Source: Callorhinchus milii
Lineage: Eukaryota
Assembly (NCBI RefSeq): GCF_018977255.1
Contig: NW_024704743.1
Span: 16,742,001-16,806,000 of the forward strand
Direction of reading: 5' to 3'
DNA length: 64,000 nt
Shown here: in pieces, positions 26,438 to 39,112 of the stretch
Numbering within the stretch: the stretch's first letter is position 1
Layout: every line of letters begins with the position of its first letter
Position numbers and translations under genes: made by a program
The notes under the pieces: generated by a model
Told to the model about the DNA's origin: nothing
What the model saw: only the letters and a program-made list of their open reading frames with translations
The model's database searches: none

Positions 26438-26932
26438 TGTGGGAAAGAGAAAGGCTGGCAGTGTGTAGGGAGAGAGTGAGAAAGGCTGGCAGTGTGCAGG
26501 GAGAGAGTGAGAAGGGCTGGCAGTGTGTGAGAAGAAAGTGATAGAAGGGCTGGCAGTATGTGGGGAGAGAGAGAGAAGGGCTGGCGGTGTCTGGGGAAAG
26601 TGGGGTCAGTTGTGAGAAATTAGGTTGTTAGTGAGGAGAGAGTGAGGTTGGTAGTGGGGAGGGAGTGAGGTTGGTATTGAGGAGAGAGCGAGGTTGTAGT
26701 GAGGAGAGAGTAAAGTTGTTAGTGAGGAGAGAGTGAGGTTAGTGGTGAGGTTTGAAGTGAGGAGAGAGTGAGGTTGGTAGTGAAGAGAGAGTGAGGTTAG
26801 TGATGAGGTTGGTAGTGAGGAGAGAGTGAGGTTAGTGATGAGGTTGGTGGTGAGGAGAGAGTGAGGTTGGTAGTGAGGAGAGAGTGAGGTTGGTAGTGAG
26901 GAGAGGGTGAGGTTGGTGGCGAGGAGAGAGTG
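26438..26932. repeat. Compound purine-rich minisatellite
   Basis: About five copies of a ~31-bp unit (gagaagggctggcagtgtgt.gggagagagt), then more than ten copies of a 23-bp unit (gtgaggagagagtgaggttggta) with 12-bp variants. Confidence 0.95.
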
Positions 26933-26994
26933 TACTGTAGTACTGTGAGAACGTTGGGTATTCAAGCTCCAAAACAAACCATGAATGGATAGTC

Positions 26995-27260
26995 TAGGCT
27001 GACTCTTTAGACCGGGACTAGGAAACGGCCTGGGAGAATTCCCTGTCCCCAGTGACTGGGAGAATTCCCTGCCCCAAGTGACTGGTCTGCCCTTCCGAGT
27101 CCTGCCAATGAGCCAGGCTGGCTGTGTTATCATCAACCGTACCCTGGAATACTGTCAATCTGCTCAGCCAGACCACCAAAACCACCACTAAGTGCTGGCT
27201 CGCTTCTGAAACTCCCTTGCCAAGCATGTCACCTTGGAGCCTGTTCAGCTGTAGTAGATA
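26995..27260 (-). mobile_element. RTEX-like family internal 3' fragment with a local ~27-bp tandem duplication
   Basis: Matches 47120-47310 on the same strand (ctgcccttcc.agtcctgccaatga, gcatgtcacctt...gttcagct). ctgggagaattccctg.ccc.agtga is repeated at 27030-27085. Confidence 0.7.
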
Positions 27261-27324
27261 CTATATCAAATGAAAATCCTATTTTAATTTATTTTTTCGG
27301 AGTTCTGTCTCTCTCAAGCAATCC

Positions 27325-27638
27325 TTTTTTTTCTGAAAATATATATTTATTTATAAATATAATATTGGGTACCACAGAAATCCCAAACAAACACAATGTA
27401 CGCCATCTGTTCCAAATTTTCCCTTTTCTCCCAAAATAAAACCATTCCGTTGTTTATGGTACATTCCTTCACCGCAAATAGGTTGTGCATACGTTTTTTG
27501 GGGCGCTCCCTTCAAAACAGTCGGCAGTCACCCCTGTGCGCACCACATCCATGTGTCCCCCCCACCCCCGCAGCACCCTGATAATACGCACTTGCCGCTT
27601 TCAGAAGGCACCCCAATGTGCACCGTATGCACACATGT
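27325..27638 (-). mobile_element. Tx1/L1-clade LINE 3' UTR
   Basis: Reverse complement of 28591-28917, including AATAAA and the poly-A end. Confidence 0.75.
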
Positions 27639-28394
27639 GCCAGTGCTGACTGGCCCAGATCTCAGCGGTACAAATACCTGTAAAGTGCATTTGAGATGTT
27701 TTGATAAGACCCTGCAAAAATGTAAGCTCCTTCTTCCTTTAAAGCAATATACAGGGAGCTTTTATCTTATCACGAATGTCACCGCTGACACGTATCACCA
27801 AGGCATGTACCAGCTAACATTCTGAGGGCCAAGTCTTTGTTACTGCTACCAAGGCAACTGTTTTTTCTGTGCCCGTGTCTGCGTCCAATGCAGGAATTTA
27901 GGAGATTCTGCAGTCAAACAATCTATAGTAGAATTAATGAGATCACCAGAGGTGTAATTGAGCACTTTTCTGCTCTGGAAGTAATGAACTGCACACATGT
28001 CAAAGACACAGTGCCTCAAGACACAGATCGCTTAAAAACACATATCACGAAGGATATTAATCTATCAATGTCCCGGTTTTCTGTATAAACACGAAATCAT
28101 GTTGGTAATTGCAAATGTCGTTGTCTCCCACATGATTTATTCATTCACACAGGCTGCGATGTCAAACTCCTTTGAACAAGATAGCAGGGTAAACATATAG
28201 GTCTGCAAAGACCATCACTGAAGTCTCAAGACATGCCTGTTGATGCTTCTGCACAACCTATAGACCCTGGGTGAACGTAATATAGATATGAAGTATGCAC
28301 ACTAAGTAAAAACAGAACACAATTGAAAGAACATTTAGTATCCTACACATGTAACAGCAATCCAGATCACAGGCAGTGAGGAATTCCATCTGCA

Positions 28395-28917
28395 GGATGG
28401 GGACGAACTGAAATTCGGCTCAACCGCGGCAAAGGCCAGATGGGGCCTGAGCCCGGCAGGAGACCCTCCGGCACAACCTTCTCAGTGTGCACCGGGGAGC
28501 CCACGAGCACACCCAAAACTGACTGAAGTAAGGGTACAGAAGGACGCTCGAATGTAACCAAAGAGTGTCCGAAAGATGTATGTACGGTAAACATGTGTGC
28601 ATACGGTGCACATCGGGGCACCTTCCAAAAGCGGCAAGTACGCTTTATCAGGGTGTGCGCAGGGGGAGGGGAGGGTGGAGGGTGGGGCACATGGATGCGG
28701 TGCACACAGTGGTGTCTCCCGACTCATTTGAAGGGAGCGTCCCAAAAAACATGTGCACAACCTATTTGTGGTGAAGGAATGTACCATAAACAACGGAATG
28801 GTTTTATTTTGGGAGAAAAGGAAAAATTTGTAACAGTTGTTGTACTTTGTGCTTGTTCTGGATTTCTGTGGTACCCAATATTATATTTATAAATAAATAT
28901 ATATTTTCAAAAAAAAA
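28395..28917 (+). mobile_element. Tx1/L1-clade LINE 3' end
   Basis: DELKFGSTAAKARWG resembles the Tx1-type ORF2 terminus. The 3' UTR ends aataaatatatattttcaaaaaaaaa. Confidence 0.7.
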
Positions 28918-29146
28918 GTATTTGCCGTCAACTGTAATAACTGTTTTTGAAGGCAAATGCAGCGGCCATTAATTGTGACTTAGCAAGATTCCACAGACAG
29001 CCTTGTGGTGTTTGATCAAATAAATCTAGAGAATTGTCTTTTCAAAGAATGTCATGGGATCTTTAATAAGATTCTATCTCCTCAACACTTTCTTCATTGA
29101 ATTTGCCTGGGATGATACATTGAACATTAAGTGAACACTTAGGAGT

Positions 29147-29453
29147 GGAGTCCTGTAGCTCAGTGGTTAGAGCACTCGCTTTGCAAGTGAGAAACCTGAG
29201 ATCAATTCCAGGCAGGGCGAAACCTTGGGCAAGTTTCCTCCTCTTCACGCCTAATAATAATCCCTTCAAAACCAAGAACAATAATAAATTGGTCATTTTC
29301 AATCTCCGACTGTTTGTGGGACATTGCTGTGCGCAATTGGCTGCCGCGTTCGCCCACAGTCAATTCATTTTACAATGTGTTCTGTGAAGCCCTTTGGACG
29401 TCCTCCCGACGTGAAAAGCGCTATATCAAATGCAAGGATTATTATTTATTATT
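29147..29453 (+). mobile_element. Young tRNA-Ala SINE, short subfamily
   Basis: Full head (A box TAGCTCAGTGG, TGC anticodon arm) through the (ATT)n tail. Confidence 0.95.
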
Positions 29454-30142
29454 AACACTCCACTCAGATGATACATTTCTCCGCCAAGTGTTTTAATTAG
29501 CAGTATTGTACCTACCTAAATAATGTCTGAATATCACCCATGAACTTCAAAGTTCAATAGCATAATTGCTTTTTTCTTTATTTTTACCACTTAATAACTG
29601 TTTTATTGACATGCTTTAGTTAATATGTGGTGTTCCTTGTAACCTCATGAAAGCTTATGTGAAATATACAATGTTAGATTAACTATTGTAAGAGGTTCTT
29701 CACCACCTGCCAGCAATCTCATGCCAGCAGTAAGATTGCAGCAACATTACCATAGATGGGCAGTTCAGCAAAATAGGTGTAGCGCAGCAGACTAGAAATG
29801 GAACAGCCATTATGGCAAGCTGCAGATAAACAGGCATCCAAATATGTAAATGGAGTTACACCTCATAAATGACATGTAGTAATCTAGAAGGTTTACGACT
29901 TTATATTGGTTTCAAGTCCAAGGAAGCTCTAGGATTTTACTGGGTTGTTGGAGACAGGCAGAAATGTAAGACATAGCCTCTGCCCTCTCAGCCTGTAGAT
30001 CTAGAAAGACATTTACGAACGTTTGACACAGGGCACAAAGGAAAGAACGCAGCCCACCAGACAAACAGCAGCTCAAGGAATTTCCAGTAGACAGTGGAAT
30101 CTCTTAAAGGGATCTACTCTGAACTGTTTCAGTACAGAAAAC

Positions 30143-30208
30143 GATTTGTTAACCAAGCTAGAAAGATTTGTTAACCAAGCTAGAAAGATTTGTTAATCAA
30201 GCTACAAA
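30143..30208. repeat. 22-bp tandem repeat x3
   Basis: gatttgttaaccaagctagaaa twice, plus one copy with 2 mismatches. Confidence 0.95.
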
Positions 30209-31869
30209 GCCTGACTATGTAATCTCAATTCAAGCCAACATTACGAGAGAGGAGCATTTCCTGTTTGTAGCAATTTGATTTAATGAGAGTTTGCATTTCC
30301 CTCAAGTAGGGATAATTTTGTCATCAAGTATATAGTGATGAATGTGTTGACAATCATAACTTCTGAATAGTGATCTACCAAAAAAGATATCCTTTACTGT
30401 TCAGACAAAAGCTTCTTCTCTTTCAGATTTGTTTGTATCTAACTATAAATGTTTTTGCACATTGTCTACAAAACACCTAAAAATACCAAATTTATTAGTT
30501 AAACAAAACAAATACTTCCTGAGTTACTGCCCTAACCATAAAGAGATGTGTTTGTGATAAAAACACGTGTAAGGATTATGTATTGTACATAAACTATGTG
30601 CAAATTAATCCCTGAATAAAAAAGCTGCTCATTTTCAACAAAAGACTCTCCTCAAATTAAAGTCCAGTTGAAAATGTAGCAGTAGACTTTGAATAGTTTG
30701 TTTATAATGACGAGACATTTTTAGGCAGTTCTCCGTCCACAAAGCGTGTCTCCATACATGTCTCTTTTCCATTTATTCTTGAAGTTTGTGGTGACTTTGA
30801 CCTTTGTCCTTAACTGAGCAATAGTCTGGCCCCATCAGAGGCCCCACCTTCCACTTCAGACCCACCACTGACCCTTGACCTGCCCTCAGTCTAGAGTGGT
30901 CTTAACACGAGTCTTTGTTCTATTTCAGGTTGTCATTATCTAGAGTCTGCTAATGGCAGTGTTACTACCCTCTATTTTCCTAACTGGCAGCTCTACGGAC
31001 CATCAGGAAGTATTGTCTTCAAACCTTAATGCCTTCCGCCCTGTTGCCCTCAGAGGTCTTGCAGTTTTGTACTAACAGGCTGTGGGGGTGGTCCTTTGTT
31101 GCAGTTCTCTAACTCCATCAGCAGTGCCTCTTTGAAAATAGCAGTCTTGCAAGTCAAAAAAAACTTCAACTGAAATCTCTCGTGCCTGGGTGTAACAGCT
31201 CTTTTGGAGAAAGTTAGATACCAGGGAGCTGTAAGGTTTTATGGTACTTTAGTACAGTAGATTTCTAGCATTCCAGTAGATAAAATGTCGGAAAGGTAAG
31301 TATGCAAGAGGTAGAATGCAGTTCATGTTCTGCTGAGACTGAACTGTATTCACAGTCACAGAAAAAAATGTTGCAGGTTGGCTGAGTTAATAGCACTCTT
31401 GATGTTGAATCAAAAGGTTGTAGATTGAAACCCCATGGTTGTGCCTTGAGCTTACAGTACTCTAGGCTAACACTTAACAACAACAACTTGCATTTATATA
31501 GGGTTCGTCACGTGGGGCAGCATCTCGGAGCGCTTAAAGCACTCCAGTGCAACACTCACTGTATTGTTTTGGTTGTTTCTTCAGGTGTGTGTTAACGATT
31601 CCACGACAGTACTGACAAGTTCTTACTTTGCATTCAGTCCCCAAAGAACTGATCCACTGGATATCGAGTTTCCTCACCAACCGTACAATTGGCGTCAAAG
31701 TGGGCTCAAGGATTTCCAACAGAGTTTATTTTCAGTCCCCTGCTGTTCCTTAGTTACATCAATAGTATTCCGATACCTGAGCAAAGGCTGGCTCACAATT
31801 TGCAGATGACATTGCCATCTGGGTCTCATCCATGAGCTCATCTATGGCATCAGATAAATTACCGAACCC

Positions 31870-32752
31870 GTGCGTAAATTAGGGTCAGGTTCGATCGCCA
31901 GCTATCCTTCGTACCCCACATTTGGTCCCTGGCCAAGACTGCTTTCCTCCACCTCCACCGCATTGCCCACCTCCATCCGTACCTCACTTCAAAAGCTGCC
32001 AAAACCCTCGTCCACGCCTTCGTCACCTCCTGCCGACCGCTCAAACCCCCTCCTCGCTGGTCTTTCCTGTTCCACTATTCGCAAAATTTAACTAATTCAA
32101 AACTCCACCGCCAGCATGCTCACCCGTACCAAACGTACCTCCATTACCCCACTCCTTGTCAAACTCCATTGGCTACCTGTCACAGAGTGGATCGATTTCA
32201 AGATCCTCACTCTTGTGTTTAAATCCCTTCACATCCTGGCACCCCCCCATCTCTCCAACCTACTCTCTCCCTACACTGCTACCCGCTGTCACCGCTCGAC
32301 TGGCTCCGGCCTCCTCATTGTCCCCCGAACCCTCCGCCCCACCACCGGCGGCGGTGCTTTCAGCCACTACTCCCCGAAGTTGTGGAACTCTCTCCCTCAA
32401 TCCCTTTGTGTTGCCCCCCTCCTCCCAATTTTCAGATCGTGCTTGAAGACCTTCCTCTTCAACCGTGCCTACGGTCGCCTTCCCCCTCATCCTGTCTCAG
32501 GATCGGCACCTCCACTGTTAAGCGCTCCAAGCGCTCACAGCATAGATGTATTTAAGGGGAAGCTAGATATGTACATGAGGGAGAAAGGAATAGAAGGTTA
32601 TTCTTAAAGGGCAGGAGGAGGCTCATGTGGAGCATAAAGACCGGCATAGACCAGTTGGGCCGAATAGCATGTTTCTGTGCTGTATATTCTAATACATTCT
32701 AATGTAGGACCCCGTCCGGCATGAAGGGCGCTATATAAATAAGTTGTTGTTA
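31870..32752 (+). mobile_element. L2 LINE (second subfamily) interrupted by a CR1 3' tail at ~32533-32700
   Basis: AKTLVHAFVTS, LHWLPV.E.IDFKIL, FSHYSPKLWNSLP. The tail ccactgttaagcgctc is broken by CR1 sequence (FKGKLDMYMREKGIEG, gggccgaatagc) and resumes ...gaagggcgctatataaat(gtt)n. Confidence 0.88.
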
Positions 32753-33054
32753 TTGGAACTAAAGTGCCTTGTTGACTTGCAGGAGTGGGCATGCTAATGA
32801 AGAATCCTATTAAACCCAAGTTTAATATCCTAGAATTTGCCCTTCTCCAAGAGGAACAAATGCAGTGTGGAGCATGTGAAAGTTGAACTTCTTTCGAAAA
32901 AAGAACAGAAGTTTCAGAATAACTTTCCAAAGAACCTGACTTGAAATAAATGCATTGATAACATGGGTTCCAAGACATCGGCACTGCTGAACCGACTTCT
33001 GATCCTTTGTGGAAAAAAGAGTATGGCTATCCTGCCTGGTATGTAACAGGTATA

Positions 33055-34508
33055 TGTGACTGGTGAAAGGCAGATGTTACTCCTATTTTTAAGAAAAGTA
33101 ACAAAAGTGACCCAGGAAATCACAGACCAGTAAGTTTGATGTCCATTATGGGTAAAATTATGGTGACTCTTATTAACAACAACAGCAGCAACAACAAGAA
33201 CAAAATTACATTTGTAAAGCGCCTTTCACGTTGGGAGGACATCGCAAGGCGCTGGACAGACAGAGTTACGGACCTGAGCTGGGGGTCGGCATGGGCGAGG
33301 GTGGAGGGCAGCGGGGGAAGCAGGGAGATCGAAAGCACGGTGTAAGTGGAGGGTCTTGAGATGGGTCTTGAAAGTGGCAAGGAAGGGGTCAAGGCGGAGG
33401 GACTGCAGGAAGGAGTTTCAGAGGGTGGGGGCAGAGTGGCGGAAGGCCCACCCACCAATTGTGGGGCGAGCGAGGCGGGGGACGTGAAGCAGGCAAGGAT
33501 AAAATCATGGAGCATCTGGACAGAAATATAATCATAAATGATAGCCAATATGGGTTCATGAAGAGGAGGTCTTGCCAATCTAATTTACTGCTTTTCTTTG
33601 ACAGTGTGACAAGAGAGCTTGATAAGGGTAAGGCTGCTGATGTTGTATATCTAGATTTCAGTAAAGCCTTTGATACAGTTCCAGGGTACAGGGTGATGGC
33701 AGAGGGAATGTCATCAGACTGGAAAAATTTTATCAGTGGAGTTCCACAAGGGTCTGTTTTGGGACCTCTTTTGTTTAATATTTTTATAAATGATCTAGAA
33801 CTGGGAGTCGCAAGCACAGTGGCTAAGTTTGCAGGTAACACCAAGCGAATGAAGGTGGTAGATCGCGAAGCTGAACAAGATAGGTTTCAGGAGGATTTGA
33901 ACATACTTGGGAATTGGGCAGATCGGTGGCAGATGAAATTCAATGTGGAGAAATGTAAATAAGTAAAGTACTTCACATGGGGACAAAAAACCTTGGAAGG
34001 GACTATTATTTGAACAGAACGAAAATAATATGTATGGAAAATAAAAAGATGAATAGCAAGCCAAATTAGTGGGGTAATTCTGCCACTGTATAAATCATTG
34101 GTGAGAACATACTTCGCGTACTGTGTACAGTTCTGGTTGCCACAGTACAAAAAAGGATATTGGAGAAATCGAGAAGATACAGAGGAGAACAACCAAAATG
34201 ATTGAGGGAATGGAGGGACTGGACTATGCGGAGTGACTAAGTAAATTGGGCATGTTCACGCTGGAAAAAAGAAGATTTCGAGGTGATCTGATTGCTGTCT
34301 TTAAAATTCAAAGGGGCTAGACAATATAGATCATGACAGGCTGTTTCAACTTATCCAGAATAGTAAAAACAGAGGACACGGCCTGCGATTGAAGGGGGGT
34401 AAATTCAGAACAAATTTATGCTTTGCCTTCCACCAGGAAGGTGGAAAGCAAACAATATGTACCTTGGTCTTTTTTCATCTAACATTTCTTATGTTCTTAT
34501 GTTCTTAT
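33055..34508 (+). mobile_element. CR1 LINE (third family), decayed, interrupted by an L2 insertion
   Basis: [57 protein letters not shown]. Ends in the (TTCTTATG)n tail. Confidence 0.92.
33175..33494 (-). mobile_element. L2 LINE 3' fragment inserted in CR1
   Basis: (aac)n followed by aaattacatttgtaaagcgcctttcacgt, the reverse complement of the L2 tail. Confidence 0.9.
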
Positions 34509-34749
34509 AACAATACCCCCAAATTAAAATTCATCATTTGTTTTATGGCTGTTTTGGGTGACATTAATGTGCACAATTGTGCCGCCAAATTTGCAAACAA
34601 TACAGTCATTCCATTTCACAGTAAATCCTGTGAAACACTTTGAGACATCATTCCAACTTGATCAAGCTCTATACCAAATGCAAGGTTATTATTATTATAA
34701 CATTATATGAGCCAGCCCTAAGTCAAGTGAGGTAGCCCCAAGTCAAAAG

Positions 34750-34975
34750 ATGGTTTGGATCCAGAACCAAGCGATAAGACTAGAGTATCGCCTGCCCCTC
34801 TTTATCTGCTCATCCTACTCACACAAAATCACTGGGCTGCACAAAATTAAGGAACGTTTTCTGCACATCAGGAAGAAATATCTCCAGAGGGCACAAGATA
34901 ACCCTTCACTATCCACACTGATGGAGCAAGAAGGACAGATCTGCTACATGTGTCATACTGCACTGTCGTCAGTCT
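34750..34975 (+). mobile_element. Fragment of a non-LTR ORF2 C-terminus (I/Jockey/Nimb-like)
   Basis: IQNQAIRLEYRLPLFICSSYSHKITGLHKIKERF resembles the post-RT pattern 'IQN..LR....P.......H...L..I..R'. Confidence 0.45.
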
Positions 34976-37629
34976 CAGTCAGGTGTACACCCCAGCCCCA
35001 TACTGACCTGAGATTATCTTTGACCTTCTCAATCTCATCATTCCCTAAAGGAACAAGAAGCCATGAAAATAATAATAATATTCTGTGCATTTGATATAAG
35101 AATAAGAATAAGAATCTTTGCATTTGATATAGCGCCTTATCAAGTAGTTGAGACGTTTCAAAGCACTTCATTGAATATATTGTAACATGGATTAACTGTA
35201 TTTTGCAGGTGAAACACAGCAGCATTTATATATTATGTTTATATTGGTAGTAAATTATATTTATATAGATAGTATATATGTTTATATTTATATAGATAAT
35301 AGTAGTAGTAGTAGCATTCCAGAAAACCAATGACTTCTGAAGCCATTTGAGAAAATCAACTGTAATCATGAATAATCATGAAGCAGCCAAATACAACTGT
35401 TTTTTAGGATGCAGAGGATTACAGAAACTATGGTGATGATTTGAAATGTGTGGTTTTATTAAAGCAAGCACACAATAAAAAGTTAACAACTGGTAAATAC
35501 AAAAGCATGCCTCCTTAAATTAGTTTCTTTCACATTTTGTGATGGGGCCGGTAGCATGGGTGTTCTGGAAGAATGAGATTGGATGGGCCAAAGAGCCTTC
35601 TTCATCCAAACCAACTTTGTGATATAGGTCACTCATTTGCTCTTAGAGTCCTGACATTCATTATTATGTTCATGTAAAAGCTGGCTTGTCTTGTGCCACT
35701 TTCACCATTTGTCTACAGAGACAGTCACGAGACTTGATAACAACAATAATAATAATACTTGCATTTGACATAGTATTTTATCACATCCTCAAGTCACCTC
35801 ACATGATATATTGTAAGGTGTGATTGTGTGTTTTGTGGGTAAAACATGGCAGCCAATTTCAAATAGTTCCATGGGATCTTTAATGTCCACCTGAACAGGT
35901 AGACAGGATCTTGATTTGAATGTCTCAACCAAAGGACAATTACTGTGAAGCATTTTGAAGCAATTTAACCTATAAATAAGTTTTAAAATGCAAATTCCTT
36001 TCCTTTCCCATTTATATAAACATAATTTTTTCTACCGAAATAATGAAAATGTAAACTTTTCATAAACACATGGAATAAAGTGGTTATATTATAATAATAT
36101 TAATAATAATCCTTGCATTTGATACAGTGCCTTATCATGTCATTGAGATGTCTCTAAAGTGCTTCAAAGAATATACTGTCGTGGATCAAGTGACCAAATT
36201 ATTCATTTATTTATTTTTAAAAAAGCATGTTTTTTAATACAGTATAATGCAACATAAATCAGTTTCTTTCATACAAAAACATTTGTACTGCTTCACGATG
36301 AGTCAGAATTCACTGTTAAGGTCCAACTTTTCATTTTATGTTAAAAAATCAAGCCAGTGAGAAAAATATATACCAATGTGCAAAGAAGTCAGTTCATCCC
36401 CTGGTTCTTAGAAGCAGTATAATCTGTCCTCATGGATAAATTTAGTTAATAATAACAATAATAATAATAATAGTTCTTTGGGAAACATAAGCACTTCAAT
36501 GCCAATATGATATCTATTAGAAAGCAACACTGTCACCAACACCAAACAGCTTCATTTATGATACAGCACTTAATCTGCCCTTTCTACACTTTGTATGTTG
36601 TTTATTAGATGCCTCCCACAGCTGTATTGGCATCTACTGGAATATTTACATTGGCAAATTGGTATTTAGCTGCACTGTTTTTGAACCTATTCAACTGGCG
36701 CCAGGAACACAATTTAATGTCCCTCTGTAAGAACCCGGCGCAAAGCAAGAGCATAATGAAGTTACCCAATCAAGCTGACGGTCACAGACATTAACTCCAT
36801 CTGCAGAGTATGGGGCCGATAAGAGTACAGTTAATGGAAAACAGTGATGTATGCTAAACAGCTATCTGTGGCACATTTAGGGACAGGAGGAGGCATTTTA
36901 GCCAGTTGACCCTGCTCTGCCATTTAGTCTATGACGACTCTCCAATTTCATTTTCCCCCAATTCCTCATTATCCTTGCTTAGCAAGTATTGTATCTCACT
37001 CTTGCTTGAATGCTTCAATCAGCTCTGTATCTATGGCCTTCTGAGGCAGCTCTTTCCACATTCTAACAACCCTTTATCTCGGGAAAACAAACATACTGAG
37101 AAGCCTTCATCGGCATTGCTTTAGTGACCTAGAAATTTACAGCACAGAAGAATGCCATTTAGCCTATCATGAGGTACAATGGTTCGTTTCTATGCTGTAA
37201 CATTCTATGATTCTATGAATGAGTGGGAAACTTTTGCACAAGTGTGACCTGAAGTCAGGGAACATGTCTAGCTCTATGAGTCATAGTTAAAATGCTAAGT
37301 AACATTTCTTCATTATTGCAACATGATACAATTAGCCTTTTCTTATTCTCATAAAATAAAAAGTGCCAGCATGAATTATATTTAGTGTTGGACTTAATCT
37401 CCAGATAGGTTTACCTTGTTATCTATCTACATTGCTAATTTCACCTATAGTCTTAAGCAGCAAGGTTCAAAACTATGTGATTCTCCAATAATTCAATCTG
37501 TATGTAACTGTGATTTTGACATCTTTTTAAGATCTGTAAGTAGTGCAGAGGGGAAAAGAGTTAGAGAGTCCGAAGTAGCCAGAACAAGTGTCACATTAAG
37601 AGCTTCTCCATCAACAATGACTACTAGAC

Positions 37630-38290
37630 CAGGTAAAGTAGACATTTTGCAGGCAGTGATTCAATACCTGTACACAGACAAGACAGTATGTGTGCATCTG
37701 GACTGGAGTCCGACAGGTTGTGTTCTAGCACCTTTGTGTTCTGGAGGACGATGGACTAGGTTATGGACAGGTGCTCCAACCAGCTCAGTGTACTCGTTGA
37801 CAACAGGAAGTTCACAGACCTCATCTATGCTGGTAATGCTGTTCTTTTCACTGATGGCCCAGTGAAGTGGCCAGAGATTCTGAAGCGCTTCGAGGAGGCA
37901 GCTTTCTCCCTGGGGCTCTGGCCATGGGGGACCAGAACAAAGGCTCCAGAATGTCATGTGGCACTGAACCAGTGCAAAGGTTCAAGTGCATAGGATGCAA
38001 AGTCGATTCCTCGAGTTACTGTGGACCAGAAGTCCGCAGACACATTGGCAGTGAGTGCTCTGTGGTGAATTGGCTTGAAAAGGATCAGTGCACTGGGCTC
38101 TCGGAGTTGCTGTTCAGGTGAACCACAGCTCGAGACCATACCACACCTGGAGGTGACCTTGAAGGTGTCTGAGACACAGCTGGTGCCACTGTTCATGGCT
38201 GATTTGTGCCTTGAGTATCAGGACGCCTGAGATACTGCCCGTGATCGGTTGTTGTGGAGATTGCGACAACCCAACTCTGGTCACATGCAG
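37630..38290 (+). mobile_element. RTE-clade LINE relic
   Basis: FTDLIYAGNAVLF (cf. FTDLDFADDAVIF), EEAAFSLGL, VQRFKCIG..V.SS.YC.PEVRRHIG. Confidence 0.75.
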
Positions 38291-38399
38291 TAGTAACAGT
38301 AGTAGATTCAATACAATACAAATTTATATAGCATCTTTCATCTCAGGTGAATATCCCAAAGAGCTTAAATAAGTAACAAAGTAACAAAATATATTTCAG

Positions 38400-38730
38400 G
38401 GAAAAAGAGATCCACTGATAATCCATTCCACCCAACCAGCTTCTCAAATGTTTTCTTTGATGCGTTTATCTCAATACCTAATAACCCTGAATCTTTTTCA
38501 CATGCAGGAAATTGTCTTGTTGCTTTCTGAAACCCTTTGTAGTTTCTTCTTCCAGCACCTGTGCTGATAGTTTGTTCCACCTGCCTATCACAGCTTTTCC
38601 TTAAAAAAAACCTCTGCACTATCATTTTTATTGTTCTTACTTTGAGAGTATATGACCCCTTGTTCTTGAATGTTCTCCATGGCAGAAAAATGTACTAGCA
38701 TTTAAATTTTTCAAACCCTTCATGATATGG
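38400..38730 (-). mobile_element. Old CR1 3' fragment
   Basis: Minus strand reads IMKGL.NLNA..FF......RTRGH. Confidence 0.65.
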
Positions 38731-39112
38731 ATTACATTTCCAGATGGGTTGTAAGAGACACTGAGAAAGCTCAAGAGCAGGTGTGTGCAGACTACCATCC
38801 TTTGGACTAAGCCCACAACCTGTTTTTGAAAGTTGAGCTGCAACAAGAAGTATTCCTTGAAGATTTAACTCTTTCCCTCTTGAAGATTTCTTTCACCTCA
38901 GTTTTCTTTCCTGAATGCCTGAAGTGCTGGCTATAATATTCAGTCTTAATCCAGTGGTAAACATATAGTGAGGAGCTCTTGTTTTTGTATTAAGTTTAAA
39001 GTGTATCGTTTTGGTTAGAGTATTCGTCTCTAAAGTGAGAGGACACAGATGTTCTTTCCTGTTGTTATGTTTCTTATTGTACATTCACATACAACTTTAT
39101 AATACTTTGCCT

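Noticed and set aside
26438..26932. CRISPR-like array, or the 176-aa ORF at 26606-27136
   Set aside because: The repeats are contiguous with no unique spacers and there are no cas genes. The context is eukaryotic, and the ORF is a low-complexity by-product of the minisatellite.
28910..28930. Keno-type U2 snRNA target site after the Tx1 tail
   Set aside because: Only a few bases (gtatt) resemble U2, and no further snRNA sequence flanks either copy.
30929..31030. CUB-domain-like exon (CHYLESANGSVTTLYFPN)
   Set aside because: The similarity is limited to a few residues, an in-frame stop follows shortly, and there is no convincing donor or partner exon.
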